A DNA stretch of 64,000 bases, from positions 4,960,001 through 5,024,000 of the forward strand of contig CM120645.1 in NCBI GenBank assembly GCA_051362555.1, read 5' to 3'. The notes beneath the pieces are model-generated. The model worked only from the letters and a program-made list of their open reading frames with translations. It did no database searches and was not told the DNA's origin. Position numbers and translations under genes: made by a program. This document shows positions 11,121 to 25,856 of the stretch, piece by piece (the first letter of the stretch is position 1; each line of letters begins with the position of its first letter). Source of the stretch: Lingula anatina (taxonomy: Eukaryota; Animalia; Brachiopoda).

Positions 11121-14100
11121 ATGAGAACATCACGACGTAACCCGACAGCTGGAAGGATCATTATGCGAGGGACACTGTACTTCGCAAGGAGCTGTCCGCC
11201 ATGCATTCTGGCTTTGGTCATACTGTTCACCGTTTCTGTGTCCGGCGAAAGGTCGGTCATAACTTTAACGAACAACGGATATTCAGGCATATTGATAGCA
11301 ATAGGCAGCGACGTGCCGGAAGATTCTACAATTATCACCAACATTCAGGTATGTTTTATTTTCTGTCGGATATAAGGGGTAAGGCTGGGGATGTACCTTG
11401 GGTGCCCCCCCTCCCCCCCCCCCCCAGTCATTGATACAACTGTATCAGCAATGGCGATATGAGGTCTTTCGTTCGCTCTTATTTTCACACTGTTTGTTGG
11501 TCTATTTGTTGATTCAAAATAATTAGATTAGGAAGAATTTTCCCAAATATTAATCATATAGGCGAATACACTTCTACAAGAAAATATCAATCACTCATGG
11601 TTATAAACCAGCACTTTGTGAAAAATATACATAAAAGCAAATAATTTGAAAACTGAGTCTTTTTATAAATCCATATTAATATTCGCATTAAAACAAAACA
11701 CAAATATGCTTTATAGAAATGTCGCGTAACAATAAAACATAACAATAAGTGAATAAGGTCGAAGTGTAACGCATGTGAAAGTTTGTTCACCACACAGGAC
11801 GTGACGAGGGATATTTTAAAATAGCGCTATCATCATGTCATAAAACTATAAGGGCTGGTGCTTCAGATAAGTTTTTATTTGGGTTAGTAAAATATGACTA
11901 GAATTAAAATAGAATTAAAATGACTGATACCAGACTTGTTAGAGTGTTTATTTTGCCAGATAATAGATATAAAATTCGATATATTCAGTTAATCGTACAC
12001 TGTTATATGCATGTTTATTTTCTGTTTTATTAATTTTGGGCGCCATAAGCCATATTTGCTTGTCGAGTTTTCGGGTTATCTCAACAATTACACTATAAGG
12101 TAAAATGAGGAAGAGATATACAAAATAGTGACGTCACATCTCCGGTTAATTATTCACTATGCGTGCCAGCTAAAACTATTATTATAAATTTAGGGCGATT
12201 CAGTTCATCTGTTCACCTCAAACCACTAGTATTTTGCTTATTGACTGTGCCGGCCTAATGGATGATATGGGGCTTCTTCCCCCCCCCCCCCCCCCAAAAA
12301 AAAGGGGGGGGGGGGCAAAAACGAAAGGGGAGATTAGAGGGCCCCTCTCCATAGCTGCAAGCTGTGGTTTTCTTTCAATTATTTCAACGATATTTGTTAT
12401 TTTTGCCTCTTTTCGGCATGACCATTGCCCAAAGAAATGTTTCATTTTAAAGCTGCAAACTTTTGAACGCATCCTTTCGAGGAATTTCTTCCTCCCTTGA
12501 AAATAAAAGTAAAAAAGTCACTCTGTTGGAAAGGGAAAAAATTCCATCTTAATGTGATTGTAATTGACACTGAATATGAACAAATAAAAATGTTGGACGA
12601 GGCGTGAAAATAGCATCATTATCTAATTACTGTTTGGGTGTTGACAACGCTGCCTGCACTTTTGTCACATAAATTAGTGTCATAACTGTTTGTCAACTAG
12701 TCGATAAAATCAATCACTCCGATCTATAAGTATGGGTGGAATTATCATCGGATAATCCAGCCAACTTGATTTCAGAATACACACGCCTCTCTGTCACTGG
12801 CGTCTTGTTTGTACCTTTATTACGTAACCAAGAGGGAAGTGCGCGAAATACGAGGGATCGTTTGAAAGCACAAGGGCCGCTTTTATTGAATCAAAGTCAA
12901 TCTGTTTGACAGGTTGAACATGATTTGATTTGACAGAGTGAATGAATGAATTCATTTTAGGATTACATTAAAGACCGTAGGATAAGACACTTAAGTCCAG
13001 AGACTTATTTCCAATGTGGTGCTGAATTCAAGTAGTTATTTCTTCTCTCCGATTCTATAAATTGTTAGCTGTTTATTTCATAATCACATATATTAGGCCA
13101 GATAGAAGTGTATAATATGTTTACAGTTGATTCTTTTCTCAAAGGTTATCTGTAAAGCATGCAAAAGAGTGGGGAAAGGTTTGTGTGCAGTTAAACGAAG
13201 TATGCACTTAACTCAGTCTCCATCCCCTAAATAAATAGATTTTAATACACGTCAAATTTTATCCGTGCTATATTTTACACAATCAAATTAACTGTTCTAA
13301 CTTGTGTAAAGTCTGATCCAACTTAAACATTGATCGAACAGTGTGTGATCCAGGTGTAACTCTGTTTATTTTTTAATTTGGTTTTTAATACGGGAGGCTT
13401 TTAAAAAGAAGCGGATCTCAACGGATTATCTCTGTTTCGGGAGCGAAAACACGTTTTTCTTCTTGCCGCCGTCAGCGCTTTGTCAAATAATTGTATAAAC
13501 ACGTTGAAAAGAAATCGATCTTTTTCAAATTAAATCTAGTTTTTTGTCAATATTAAGAAGCAAATATTGAAGTACAAATAACACACCCCAGTCACAAAAG
13601 TATTAAACATTTTAAAGTTCCTTTTAGATTAAAAAAAATGATTAAAATCATTTCATGTGTAAAAAGTGGTGTTTTTCAAAAATAAATGTTGTCAGCTCTA
13701 TAATTTTTTAATATTTGGAATTTTTAGATTATTGAAGTCATTTTTAAAACGTTGAAGATATTGCAGTTGTAAAATATCAAGTAAGGCCAAAAGGAGAGCT
13801 CTGTTCGGCACTTTTTCCTATTACTATTAGGTATAACTTAGACGTAACCGAACTTGAATCTATAGAATTAAACCTTTTTGTTTAATTTTAATCTTATTTG
13901 GAACTAAACAAAAGGTCACTTTCAAAATGGGTTGCAACCATTGTTTTACCAAATTAATTCCCTTAAAATTTCCAGTAAAAATGGTTAAGTTGAATATGTG
14001 TACAAAAAGTCACAAATTCTCATAGGGATATTGTTGATTTCAAATGACAAAGGATCGGTGTTAATATGCCAAATTTTAAATTTCATTTTAAATACTGGAC

Positions 14101-16533
14101 CAAGATGCCAAATGGTTTTCTAGCTGCAGTGAGTAAAAAGTATACCTTTGTGACCATAATTGTCCATACCTGGTTAAAACGTTTCAACAGCAAAGTAGCA
14201 AAGGCAAATATTGGTTTAATCTGAATATTTTTACAGCAAACTTAGAAGGTAAAGGTTTGTGTGTTTTGAGATACAAATCGTTATGCTCAAGGACCTCTTT
14301 TAAGTTGAATACGCATGTCTTTATCGATCTTTTTTGGTGTGACGTAACTTCTTTATGTTAATTTGGTTTCGCATACTCAATAGAACCAGTATTGCACGAG
14401 TATGTTGCTTCTTTAAATAAATAAAAGTTTAAACTCCCTTAACTGTGGAAGGCGACCCTTGTGCGATCCTTGTGCGGCCATGAACCTGGCCAGGCTGTCT
14501 ATGGAGGCTCAAAGGAGACACCAGGCTGTCTATGGAGGCTCAAAGGAGACACGGTGGTCGCTTTGATCGTACATGTACACAGGACGTTCACGCATCGCTG
14601 TGGAGGCCATGGTTGCGACAAAGTTTTGGACATGTGCAACCACATTATTTTTTATTGATTCATAACGGTAAAAAGAAATACTTACAGATGTGTGACGAGC
14701 TAAAAATTTTCCCTTGAGTATTCTTTATTCATTTAATTATGCAGTGAATTATTGGTAGGTATTTCTGATGTACTCTTGTGCACAAGCGAGAAACTAATAT
14801 TAAAAAAGCGTAATTCAAAATTAAAGGAAGGAAGGGGTGAACAGAATAATAAACAAGAAAGTCCCGTCTATTATTTTCATTATATTAATTTCTTTAACAG
14901 TGAACGTAAGAAAAGGGCGTTGGGAAAATTTAAACCCTAAAGCGCAATTTTAATAAATTTACAAAAACACCTACTAAAATGATATTTTCAAGTACCTAGT
15001 AGAGCATATCTTGCATTTTGAAAGTGGTATTAAACTACGCTAAACATGTGTAAATATCTTTATGTGTTTCCCAGCTGCATTGTTTGACGGCCTGAAAAGT
15101 TAGGACTTGCCTATGGTACATTAGCTTTCTTCAAACCTAGCACTGTTTACAATGTGGTTGGTGGTATATATATCAAGGTACCCGTAATAGAAAGCAGGAA
15201 TTAGGGTTATGAATTTTTCTTTGTTACATCCGACGTTCAGACGTCAGAAGCTTAAGAAAAATAAACACGTGTGCTTTGATTTAAAAAAGGGCCCAAGGAT
15301 TCGATTACCTTCACCTGTTCTAGGTTTCCGAAGGTGGAAGAATAATGAATGAACTAAACGCTTTTTGTTGAACACAATATAGATAAACTAACATCGAAGG
15401 TGAAGAAAGCAAGTTACTAAAACACGCAGTTAAAGCTCAAATTTCGTCGCTATATAAATAAACACAGCATTTCTGGAAATACAGCAATTAACTCAAGGCA
15501 TCAAGAGAAAATCTTCATAAAAGATTTTCATATGAATAAAAGCTGATAATTTTAGATCGAAATGATACTTAGCAAAAAAATAAAATTTCAAACTTAATTC
15601 TATCACTTTTTAATATCCAGGATTATTTCACTGAGGCCTCTAAGGCCCTTTTCACCGCTACCAACCGGCGGTCATACTTTAAAGACATTACCATCCTAGT
15701 CCCCAAGACTTGGACAATGACCGCCAGTCCTGCCACAACGGAGTCCTTCGACCGGGCCAACGTGATTATCGACAAGGCGAATCCCATCTACGGAGACAGC
15801 CCGTATGTCAAGCAAGGCAGCACTTGTGGGAAGCCTGGGGAGCGTATGCATCTTACCCCTAAGTTTGTTTCTGACCGAACTTACTCGGAGACGACGTTTG
15901 GGCATATTGGTAAGTGTGTTTATGTGTATATGTGTGTGTGTGTCTTGGGGGGAGGGGGGGGGGGGAGGGCGTTGATATGATTGTGCCTCAGCTAACAAAC
16001 GTGATTAGATGCGTCTGAGAATTTGAAATGCATTTGACGTGCGCAAATTTTTGCTTTTACGTACGCATATTATCAACAGCAAATGATTTATGAAAACGAC
16101 GAAGTGTATTCTAAATATATCATGTAAGTCATACGGTTTTACAATACAGACAACCGCACAGAGAGGAAAATGTAGCCCAGGCAGTCATTTAACAATCATC
16201 AGTTTTTAAACTGTCATTTGAATTTCAGGCAAAACGGTACTACATGAATGGTCACATCTTCGTTGGGGAGTGTATGACGAATATCCCTTAGATGGGGACG
16301 AGAACGACGGACAGCATTTTTATTTCGGGACATCAGGTAAAATAATTAGTCAAACTTGAGGAAGTTCACACACGCACACCCCCACACACACTAAAAAAAA
16401 ATGAAATAAAATAATACTGCATTAGCCTATGGCCAAAGATTACCATATGTCTTTTCATATTCGTTACCACTGCAAAGTCAACGGAAAATAAGTTATCAGA
16501 GATATTCAGCGCTACAACCAGCGATTGAAATTT

Positions 16534-16578
<45 letters not shown>

Positions 16579-19500
16579 AATTTTCAACTTTTGGTGCTTG
16601 ATCTACGTGTAATAATTTGATTTGAAAGTCTGTCAGCTACTTATGTGCGATGACCCGATTCATAGATAACGGATCTTGTTTACTTAAAGAAAAAATATCA
16701 CTTAATTCTGTGATTTTTAAACCGAGGTTTGCGCAATTCTTGTATTTTACGTGACACATTAAATTGTCATATATATTCTTATCTCTTAGATATGGAAAAT
16801 TTAATTATGCTAGTAATTCTGATGAGTGAAGTGTCGTCACAGGCCGGCTTTGTAAAATATGTGTTGTTCACAGGATTTAAGGAGTGGTAACGATACTGAA
16901 AAGACGGATTAACGACGACAAAATAGTTTACTGAAATTGATTTAATTTCTCCGTATGAAAATGATTTAATTTCTCTGTTGAAAACCAATTTAATCACATT
17001 TAAGCCCCTTTGTTGAAAAGCAGTATATTCACATTTTGGTTTCGCCTATTTCAGGGTCCATTGAAGCTACGCGCTGTAACGGTGCCCTAGGGGGGAGGCC
17101 AATCCAGGGGTTCAAAGGAGCGAGACCAGGCTATCCGTGTAATAAAGATCCCGTCACAGGCCTCTATCAGAAAGAATGCGTGCTGTACCCAGACTTCAGC
17201 ACCAAAGAAAAGACATCCATCATGTTTTACCATTTTCTTCAGTCGGTAAGTTGCTTGATTAAAAAAAAATCAATGAAAAAAACCACAAAACTCATTCCAA
17301 TATTTTATTCTGCATGGACCTCATTAGCAACTGAAACTGAATTTTTTTGTGCAAAGTAGGCCTACATATCGCTGTATCACTAATTGTATTAAAATATATA
17401 TTGCCGCTACAAAAACAAAATTAATGATATCGGATGTGCATTAACAAAAAAAAAGTATAAAAGAACCCCTTTCATGCTGCGTGATTGGGGTGTAGCGCAG
17501 GGTATATCTGTCGTTTTAAATATTATTTAAATAGATGAAATGGAAAAATTAAAATAACAAATCAAAACTGTCCTATGAGATGAGCTTTATCCTTCACAGT
17601 CATGATTTCAACAATATGCCCGTATTGTGTTTCTTTGAACTTTGACCTTGCTCTTCCGCGTTTTGAATACTGTTTCCTATAGGTTCATACAATTTTAATT
17701 CTTATAGGTCACCACGTTCTGTGGCAACAGCCCTGACAGCGAGGCTATAGATCATAACACTGAGGCTCCAAACCGGCAAAACCGGCTCTGTGAAGGCAAA
17801 AGTGTCTGGGAGGTGATACTAGAGCATCCGGATTTCAGCAACGGTGAGTGTAAAATAGAAATAGAACCTCGACCTAAAAGTGAATTTAATTCCTCAACTG
17901 TACATGATGAATACAGAATGAGTAATGAATGCTTTGTTTAATTTGTAGGCAGCAACCCAGCCGTGTCCTGGGACAACGAAAACTTCAACACCACACCGTC
18001 ATTCACAGTCGTGAAGGAAGTGGAGAGACGCTATGTCCTGATCCTTGATGTTTCTGGAAGTATGAACAATGTAAGGAACGCAATTCAACTTTTCCTTTAT
18101 GTCCTCACTCACTTCTCGCCCCCCTCCCCTCCCTCATACCGCTCTAAGTTGCAACTAAATCACTTACTGAGTAAAATTAATACTTACTTTGTATTTTACT
18201 AAATCGTTATTTACGACCGCAAACGTCAATTCAATCTCTATTTGCCCTGGTTCCATTTCCGGATATTTGAAAACTGAAAGCAGCACATGCCCGTCCTGGC
18301 AACCAAATACTCCCCTCTGTATCTTGCACTAACTGCCATTCAAACATTAATCTTGGACAGGATCGTGAATACTAGTTACCTCCGCCAAGGAGGTTATGTT
18401 TTTTTTTTAATTGATAAGAGATAACACTGATTACTTTTAATCACTGGACTCCGAGGTTTGTTTCTGTACTATTGTCGGTAAATGAAATGGAAAAAGGAAA
18501 ATCATGAACTTTAAACAGCCACATCGGTTACTTTTTTAAATAAACTGATGTCTGCTCCACTTAGAGCAAGAACTATGTATTTATTATCTATAAAGAGTCA
18601 AAATCCAAAATGGACTAAATATAGCCAAATAAGGACTTACAAATATCTCACATAAATTATACTGGTACTTAGAATCGAGGGACCACCACCATATATCCAT
18701 TAACTTTATATAATTCAACAGATATTGAAATATTTTAATTACAATCCTGTATCATTCTACAGAACGACAAACTTCAAAAGATGACAATCGCCGCTTCAAA
18801 TTTCATCTTAAACATTGCGGAAGAGGGCAGCAGCATCGGCATCGTGACGTTTTCCTCGTCAGCCCAAATAGTGCAGTCGTTAGTTCGTCTCGACTCTGAA
18901 GCTGACAGAACTGCCGTTGACGCCAAGCTACCTACATCTGCTTCTGGCGGAACGTGCATAGGATGTGGTCTGCTTAAAGGGATCGAAGTAAGTCACTGAC
19001 ATACTGGTTAAATGTGGCTGTGTGTGTGTGCTACCTGTTAAAAGAACATAAAAATCTGATTATTACAATAGAACTAAATCACGCTTCAACATGAATTAAT
19101 TTAAAACAAAACGATAACTCGCGTTCAAAGCTTATTCGAATACGTATTTGCAAAGTAAAGCGAATGCTGGTAAGATCACATTCCAACATTCGTTACACCA
19201 TGAAAAGGAGACACGGGGAAATCCTTACGAAAATCTGTAGCGCTGTGCGAAACCCTGTACCGTACGTGCGGAAACACAAAACGTACTGGTACTGTTATCC
19301 AGAACATCAGTGGGTTGTGAAGAAAAATTGTAAGACGTGCCGAACATCACATCGGTAATGCTCATGAACGCGTGCTACACTTTACTTGTGCATCCATCTT
19401 TCCACAAGTATAAATTAATGACAATATCTATTTCAGGTTCTGGAACAAGCAGGAAACGCATCTGGCGGCATCCTTAAAGTCATCAGTGACGGCAAAGAAA

Positions 19501-22500
19501 ACGTTGTTCCTTTCATAGCAGAAGTCAAGCCCACGATATTGGCCAAAGGGGTGATTGCTGATACTATTTTATATACAACCGCTGCAGACGACCAACTGAC
19601 GTCATTGGCGGCAAGCACTGGCGGGCTTTCGTATTACTCCACTAGTGATCTCAACAACGCTTTTATTCAACCTGCTATGAAACGGGATCCTACGTACGTG
19701 CAGGTAATAAACTGGCCAGATTATATTGACATTTCATATCTTACAATTTTTCGTTTTTGATCCTACCTGAATCGTTCCCACATACCTTTCCATAAATAAA
19801 TGTAAGATGGAGTTTTCAGTCCAGATATGAAACCACATAGATAGTCCTTGTTTCTTGACACTTTGAAAGGTAAAATTTGAATGATTAAAATGTTTTCTCT
19901 TAGGTCCTAACTCCTCTCAATACAATGACTCCCTCTGCAATTTTTCCAATTACACCTGGGTTATTATCAAAAGAATATCATTACCACACAACTTATTTAA
20001 CATATTTTTAGCTCTACTCGTCCACATTTACCCTGAATCCACTCTCCACCGTCGTAGACACCGTAACCATCGACTCCACAGTTGGGAACAACACGAGATT
20101 TTCTTTTTCTTGGACTGGAGGGTATTCCGGGATATCTCTAACCTTGACCTTGCCAAATGGAACCAATCAGACAGCAAGCAGTGGGTCAGGTGACACGACT
20201 ATTATCATGGCGCTTCCGGGAAAAGCCGAGGTAACTCTCCTGGGTGTAAAAGGCATCTTGTTTTTTTTTTTTTTTTACTGTGGTAAATGATAAATTAGTT
20301 TTAAAAAATGGAATTGAGACTGACAACAGACGACAGTCAGATGTTAAACGGAGTCATTGAAGGTTTTAAGTAATTATGTAATGGTGCCCCTTGCAAATCC
20401 TTAACAATTTCCGAATATCCCACAGGGAAATAATTGTAGTTGTGCAAAATTATGTTTTAAAAGAGAAACTGAATAAGTAATGGTATAAGAAAGGTGAGAG
20501 TTTGCTTTCACAGTAGGCCTACCTTTTTAAATAATATTACTGTTTTGATGATTTCGAACCCAGACGTTGGATAGCATCCATGGTATAACGCGCTCCCGTT
20601 GATTACGTGAAATTCCAAAGGGTAAGATATGAATAATAATAATAATTTGATAACAGAATACTGTGGTCAGAGAGCAGATTTTATTGTGGTATTACACGTA
20701 CATGTAGGTGCATACACGTAAAATGTATCCCCGCGTACATGTACAGTTATGGGTACATGAAAACCGGTACGTACGCCAGTTCCTTTTATTTTAAAATCAT
20801 TTCCAGGCGGGAAAATACAGGTTCATTCTGGAGAACACGGGCTCACGTACATCGAAGGAAATAACCGGCACTGTGGTATCCAGGGCTACAGGAGGCAAAC
20901 TCGACCTCATCCACGTGTCTTCACAGATCAGCGCTTCTAACGTTGATTTTTCAGGTAAACGTGGTCAACAGTGATTCAAATGCTTGCAACAGATTAGGGA
21001 TTAAGAGAACGAAAAGAAGGATTCAAAGCCGTTGTTATAAACGATTAGAGTTCGATGTTAAAAAAGACAAAAAACCGATTTGGTACAGGTAGTCTGTCTC
21101 TCTTAGCCTTAATTCCCAAAAGCTGGTCTCAAAATATGATCTTGGAGACAGATACAGCAATAATAAGTCAAAGAAACCTTATCATTTTGACATGTGCTAT
21201 CTTTCCACCAAATTTCAAATTTACCTTTGAATGTCTTCTACAGATCCAGCGTCATTGTACTTGATAATATATGCTGACGTCACTAGGGGCTATGCACCGC
21301 TAGTTGGCGCTACAGTCACCGCCATTGTGGAAGCTAGCGGTTTAGGAACCTTTACACAGGAGTTGAAAGACACTGGCTCAGGTATGTTAATAAATTGAAT
21401 AAATTGTGTCAATAAAATCATTTTTGAGATTGTATATCGTATTGGTCATCAAGCCAACTTTTTATCTCGTGAAAAAAAAATGTTATGTTACTGATACGGG
21501 TATGAGGCTGGTTCAGTGAAGCCTTTAATAACTAGTAATATCTTTGCCTTTTCGTTCATCAAATGTCTTTTTCAGTGACACAAACAAAATGGCACCGATA
21601 TATGGTCTTTTGACTGCGAGGATGCAGGCCTACAAGTCGTATGAAGATCTTTTTCAAAGAGTAAAATGAAAATGTAGTTTTTTATCACGATGATTGGCGG
21701 AAGCTTTATTATTTAAGTAATTCTTATCTCAGGACGCAAGCACGGAGAAATAAAGTTATCGTTGTTAACTTGATCGAAAAAAAACATAGTCGAGTTTAAA
21801 AAATTATCTTTATCTTCTAAGGAGCCGACCTTTCCGCTGGAGATGGAACGTATTCGGCGTACTTCACAAAATTTTCTGGAAATGCCAAGTACACGGTGAT
21901 GGTGAAAGTGGAGGGTGGGAACACGACCAAGGTCAAGGTCAACACTGCGGCTAAAGGTCAAGGTGCCCAAGGTCAGTGAGATCCTGTTTAATGTTAATTC
22001 ATTTATTGTAAAATGGCATACAGCAACACTGAGTCTGTAGTGGCACACAAACAGCACCAAGTGCCATTCAGTCATGAATGAATTCAAGTTTTTTTTACTT
22101 TAGTTTCAAGCTTTTATTTTAAATTTTAAGGAGAAAATTAAAAAATAGACATATCATCGTCAAAATTCAGTAATATTTTGGTTTCGGTAGGTCATTTTGT
22201 AATGGGAGCAATTGGGAAAAGGCTCCCAGCAGTCATGTATAAGCTAACCAGCTAGCTAGGGACCATTCTTGTTTTGTTTTTTTCAGCATCATTCACTCAT
22301 CGATTTAAAATATGAAGTTAACGATTAAATGGATTTGGATGTTTTTCAGCTGTTGACGTTGAAAATAGTGGTACTCAGTTTCAACTCACCACAGTTGACG
22401 ATTTCTCCCGCAGCAGTTCTGGTGGCTTTTTCACCGTGGCCAACCAGACGGCGGGCTCCACCGTGGATCTCTTCCCGCCTTCGCCTGTCAGGGATCTGAG

Positions 22501-23653
22501 GGTGACGGCGATGTCGTACGAGATGCGGACGTTTACCTTAGAGTGGACGGCCATGGGCGATGATCTTGACCAAGGAAATGGTATGTCTGTACTAGCGTTA
22601 AGATATTAGGCCTATATCTGCAACTGTTACTGCTCAGTTTTTTGACTGTTGTATAACACTGCTAGCAATTTGAAATTATTTACTCTAGATCAAATACATG
22701 TAGTAAATAAACGATGATGACTTGAAAGACGCATTTCAAAACTTTACTAAAATGCGTATAGATTCAGGAATTTAAAGGTAGACTTCACTTTAATTTTACC
22801 ACTGCTCTGCGTTATTTTGAAGAAGTGCCTGGAATGGAACACAATGAGATTAATGATTTCTATATGAACGTTTAATGTGGTTTCCGTTCACTGTATAATT
22901 GCTTTAACTGAATAATAGAAATATTTTTATCTGATTTTAGCCTCCTTCTACGACCTACGAATGTCACGCAACTACACCGCGTTAAGAAGCGACTTTGACA
23001 GCGCCACTCCTGTTCTGGCGTCACAATTAGCCGAGGGAAACTTGACGTCACCTTTGCCGGCTGGGCAGAGAGAGAAAATTATTATTCTGTTGAAAGATCT
23101 CAAGGACGAAACAACTTATTTCTTTGCCTTAAAAGTCGGGGACGAATCGGGTAAAAACAGCAGTGCGTCCAATATCGTTTCGTCCTCTCTCGTTGAGATT
23201 AAGCCTGAACCCTCCCATGGCAATGCCGGACTTATCGCTGGCGTTGTGGTTGCCGTTATTTTGGTCGTCATTGCTGTAGTAGTCGTGCTCGTGTATTTCC
23301 TTGTCATTAAAAAGAAGCACGTGAAGTTACAAGAAAGCGAAGTCCCCGAGAAATCAGGGGTCGACAACCCAGCGTATAGTAAAGATAAAGTCAAAATAAC
23401 GAATGAGAAGAAGAATGTCAATCAAAAAGGAGCCACGCCGGCAACAACCGCCTATGGTCTGAACAAAGTTGAAATGCCTACTGGCGATGGTAAGAACAAA
23501 ACTACTTTTGGATCGAAACCCGCTAAGAATGGGGGGTTCAGCAGTAAGGCGCTAAACAATCCAGTACCTACAGCAAAGAAGACCCAGTTGCCTCCACTGA
23601 AACCTGCATCTACAGGGAAATCAGGGAATTTGAAATCAAAACCAAAGAAATAA
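11121..23653 (+). CDS. CLCA: Calcium-activated chloride channel regulator (CLCA family), membrane-anchored; 14 coding exons
   Basis: Exons 11121-11348, 15621-15909, 16229-16336, 17055-17245, 17708-17843, 17949-18070, 18763-18987, 19437-19703, 20012-20230, 20807-20954, 21244-21381, 21822-21971, 22350-22580, 22941-23653, all GT-AG and phase-compatible. Signal peptide, then [17 protein letters not shown], zinc-protease motif [27 protein letters not shown], vWA MIDAS DVSGSM...GGTCIGCGL...[21 protein letters not shown]3-like FPPSPVRDL...[13 protein letters not shown] and a C-terminal TM helix. Start could be the ATG at 11163. Confidence 0.95.
14490..14551 (+). repeat. 31-bp perfect tandem duplication in CLCA intron 1
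   Basis: CCAGGCTGTCTATGGAGGCTCAAAGGAGACA occurs twice head-to-tail. Confidence 0.9.
18376..18404 (+). mobile_element. Helentron/HINE-type terminal fragment
   Basis: TTACCTCCGCCAAGGAGGTTATGTTTT is a short hairpin I recall as the terminus of non-autonomous Helentron-associated repeats in animal genomes; only the end is present. Confidence 0.45.
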
Positions 23654-25016
23654 GCAATGTCAGGATGTCATGTGACGATCTTTGTCCAATCAGTTAGCAA
23701 AATATTTGTTTACCGTCGCCCAGTCAGTTAGCAAAAATAATTTGTTGTTGTTTGTTGAAAGCATTGTTTTTTATATCAGTTTCTTAATGTGTGTTACATG
23801 ATAATTTTCTTACTTCGTGTTATATAAATTCATCACAAATGCTAAATTAATGTCTTTATACTTATCTGTTTACTACTATATTAATATGTCATCAGTAAAC
23901 ATTTAAAACCTTAATTGCTTGAAACGGAAGAATGGTAACTTTTCAAATCACTGAGATAGTTACATAGTCCATTAATAATATTTTGGTTGAATGATAAAAA
24001 GTGTATGTATATATAAGCCTATTATTTGTATTATATTCGATTTGTACGTTCGGTTATTGGCCGGCTCCCTGGTGGAGGCGAACATTGGCGAAAGCATATA
24101 TACACACACTGATTGTGGGGGGGGGGGGGGGGGGGGGGGGGGGCGAAAGGGGGCGAGCACCTCTTTGTCTTCATCCAAACCGTCTACCTTGCTATTATAA
24201 ATCATTTGTGTTTTTATGCATTGTTTTACAAAAAAAGAAAAGTTTAACGGAGTACTTGTGCAGATATTTCTTTTTGAATCATTATTGGTACTTCATTAAT
24301 GACTGATGAATTAGTACATGTAACAGACCCGGTTCCCGTATTTATTTTTAGAAGCTCTACATATATATATATAGTACTATGAATTCATCAGCTACAAGAT
24401 TTTTAACACCAAAAGTTATAGACATATCTGTATCTAAGCTTCCACAGCATTCTGGCATTTGTACAGTAGTTACAAATTAACAAATTATAACTTAATACCA
24501 TATTCTTATTTTACTGTGATCTCAAATAAAAATTGGTTATTTTATTTTACCTGTGTTTATGCACGTTTATTGATTTCGGCTGCATGTTTGTTGAGCTATA
24601 TTTATATGGAGGTGTGAGTACTGTATCGTTTAAGTATACCGCTCAATGGAAAACAAGGGCCTTACAGTATGAGGGTATGGGGCATGTCAGAGATTACGAC
24701 TAGATCAAACAGGAAAATATATTTCAAAACACAATCCAATACACGCACTTTTTAGTAAATGGTTATTGTACGATATTATGCACAATATGCAATTGTAAAC
24801 TTATTTACGGTGCGACTTCATAGCTGGGCCCGGTAAACTCACAGAAATTCCATTGAGCATGATGGTGCCAAGCGTTTTCTTAATTTACTAACAGGTGGAA
24901 AGGAGGGGAGGGGGGTCTCATCATTGCTTGCGAGATCAGACAAGATAATTCAATAAGCTTCTGAGGTTACGGTCTGACTCCATTGTTGAGCCTGGTGAAT
25001 TCACCGAAATTCTGAT

Positions 25017-25194
25017 CAGGGGCGGACGTACACATGTAGGCTGTCTTCTGGGTCTTCTGGATAACGGTCAATTTTTTTCAAGTTTACATTGATGGGAATT
25101 TAATTTTTACTGTCGGAAGACAGTCAAAAATGAATGATTGATCGACTAAGATAATTTAGAAGATTGCCAGCAAATATCTCTGGATCCGCCCTTG
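25017..25194. mobile_element. Degenerate CAGGGGCGGA-type TIR element
   Basis: Ends CAGGGGCGGA / TCCGCCCTTG; no clean TSD. Confidence 0.45.
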
Positions 25195-25856
25195 TGAATG
25201 GACGTGATGGCGTTGTCATATGTTTTCCTAATTGGGCATTGGGCGGAGCGGGGAGGGTCTCATCAGTGTGTAAATTCAGCCAAAAATCTCATAAATTTTC
25301 CAGCTTGTGAGACGGCTTTTAAACTCGTTTGTACCCGTTTCAAGCCCGCCTTTAAGGAGCACTTCCATCTGTCCCTATCCTCAGTGAATTTCTATGTACG
25401 CCACAGCTCTCTACTACGCAAGTTTTGCTTAGTTCACGTAACGCCTACTACGATTTCTTCTCAAATTTCCCGTCTTTTTACTGCTTGTTTAAAATGCGCT
25501 CTGCATAACCAATCACACACAAACGCCATTGCCTTTCTCAATTATTTGTCTATGCGACACAATCTAATACATTCATTTTTCTTGACTATATATAATACTA
25601 TCTTACTCTTTGAAAACCCTACTTCTACCACCACACATTCTTTTTCTGGGCCCATCCCTTAACGTGCTGAATTAGCGATGTTCCCCAGTGACACTGAAAA
25701 AGGTTGAATTGCGAAATACACAGAGGCAATGAAACAGAATATATATTGGTGTTACTTCCTTGATGTCCATAAAAGTCGGAACATATAAATACCTGGATGT
25801 CTGTTTTCGACTTACAGTCATAAGATTTGCGAAGGTAGTAGTAAACGAGCACTTCA

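Noticed and set aside
12278-12315. C-run/A-run/G-run hairpin and other long homopolymers (16536-16576, 24117-24143, 58620-58663)
   Set aside because: Simple low-complexity tracts with error-prone lengths; no evidence of function.
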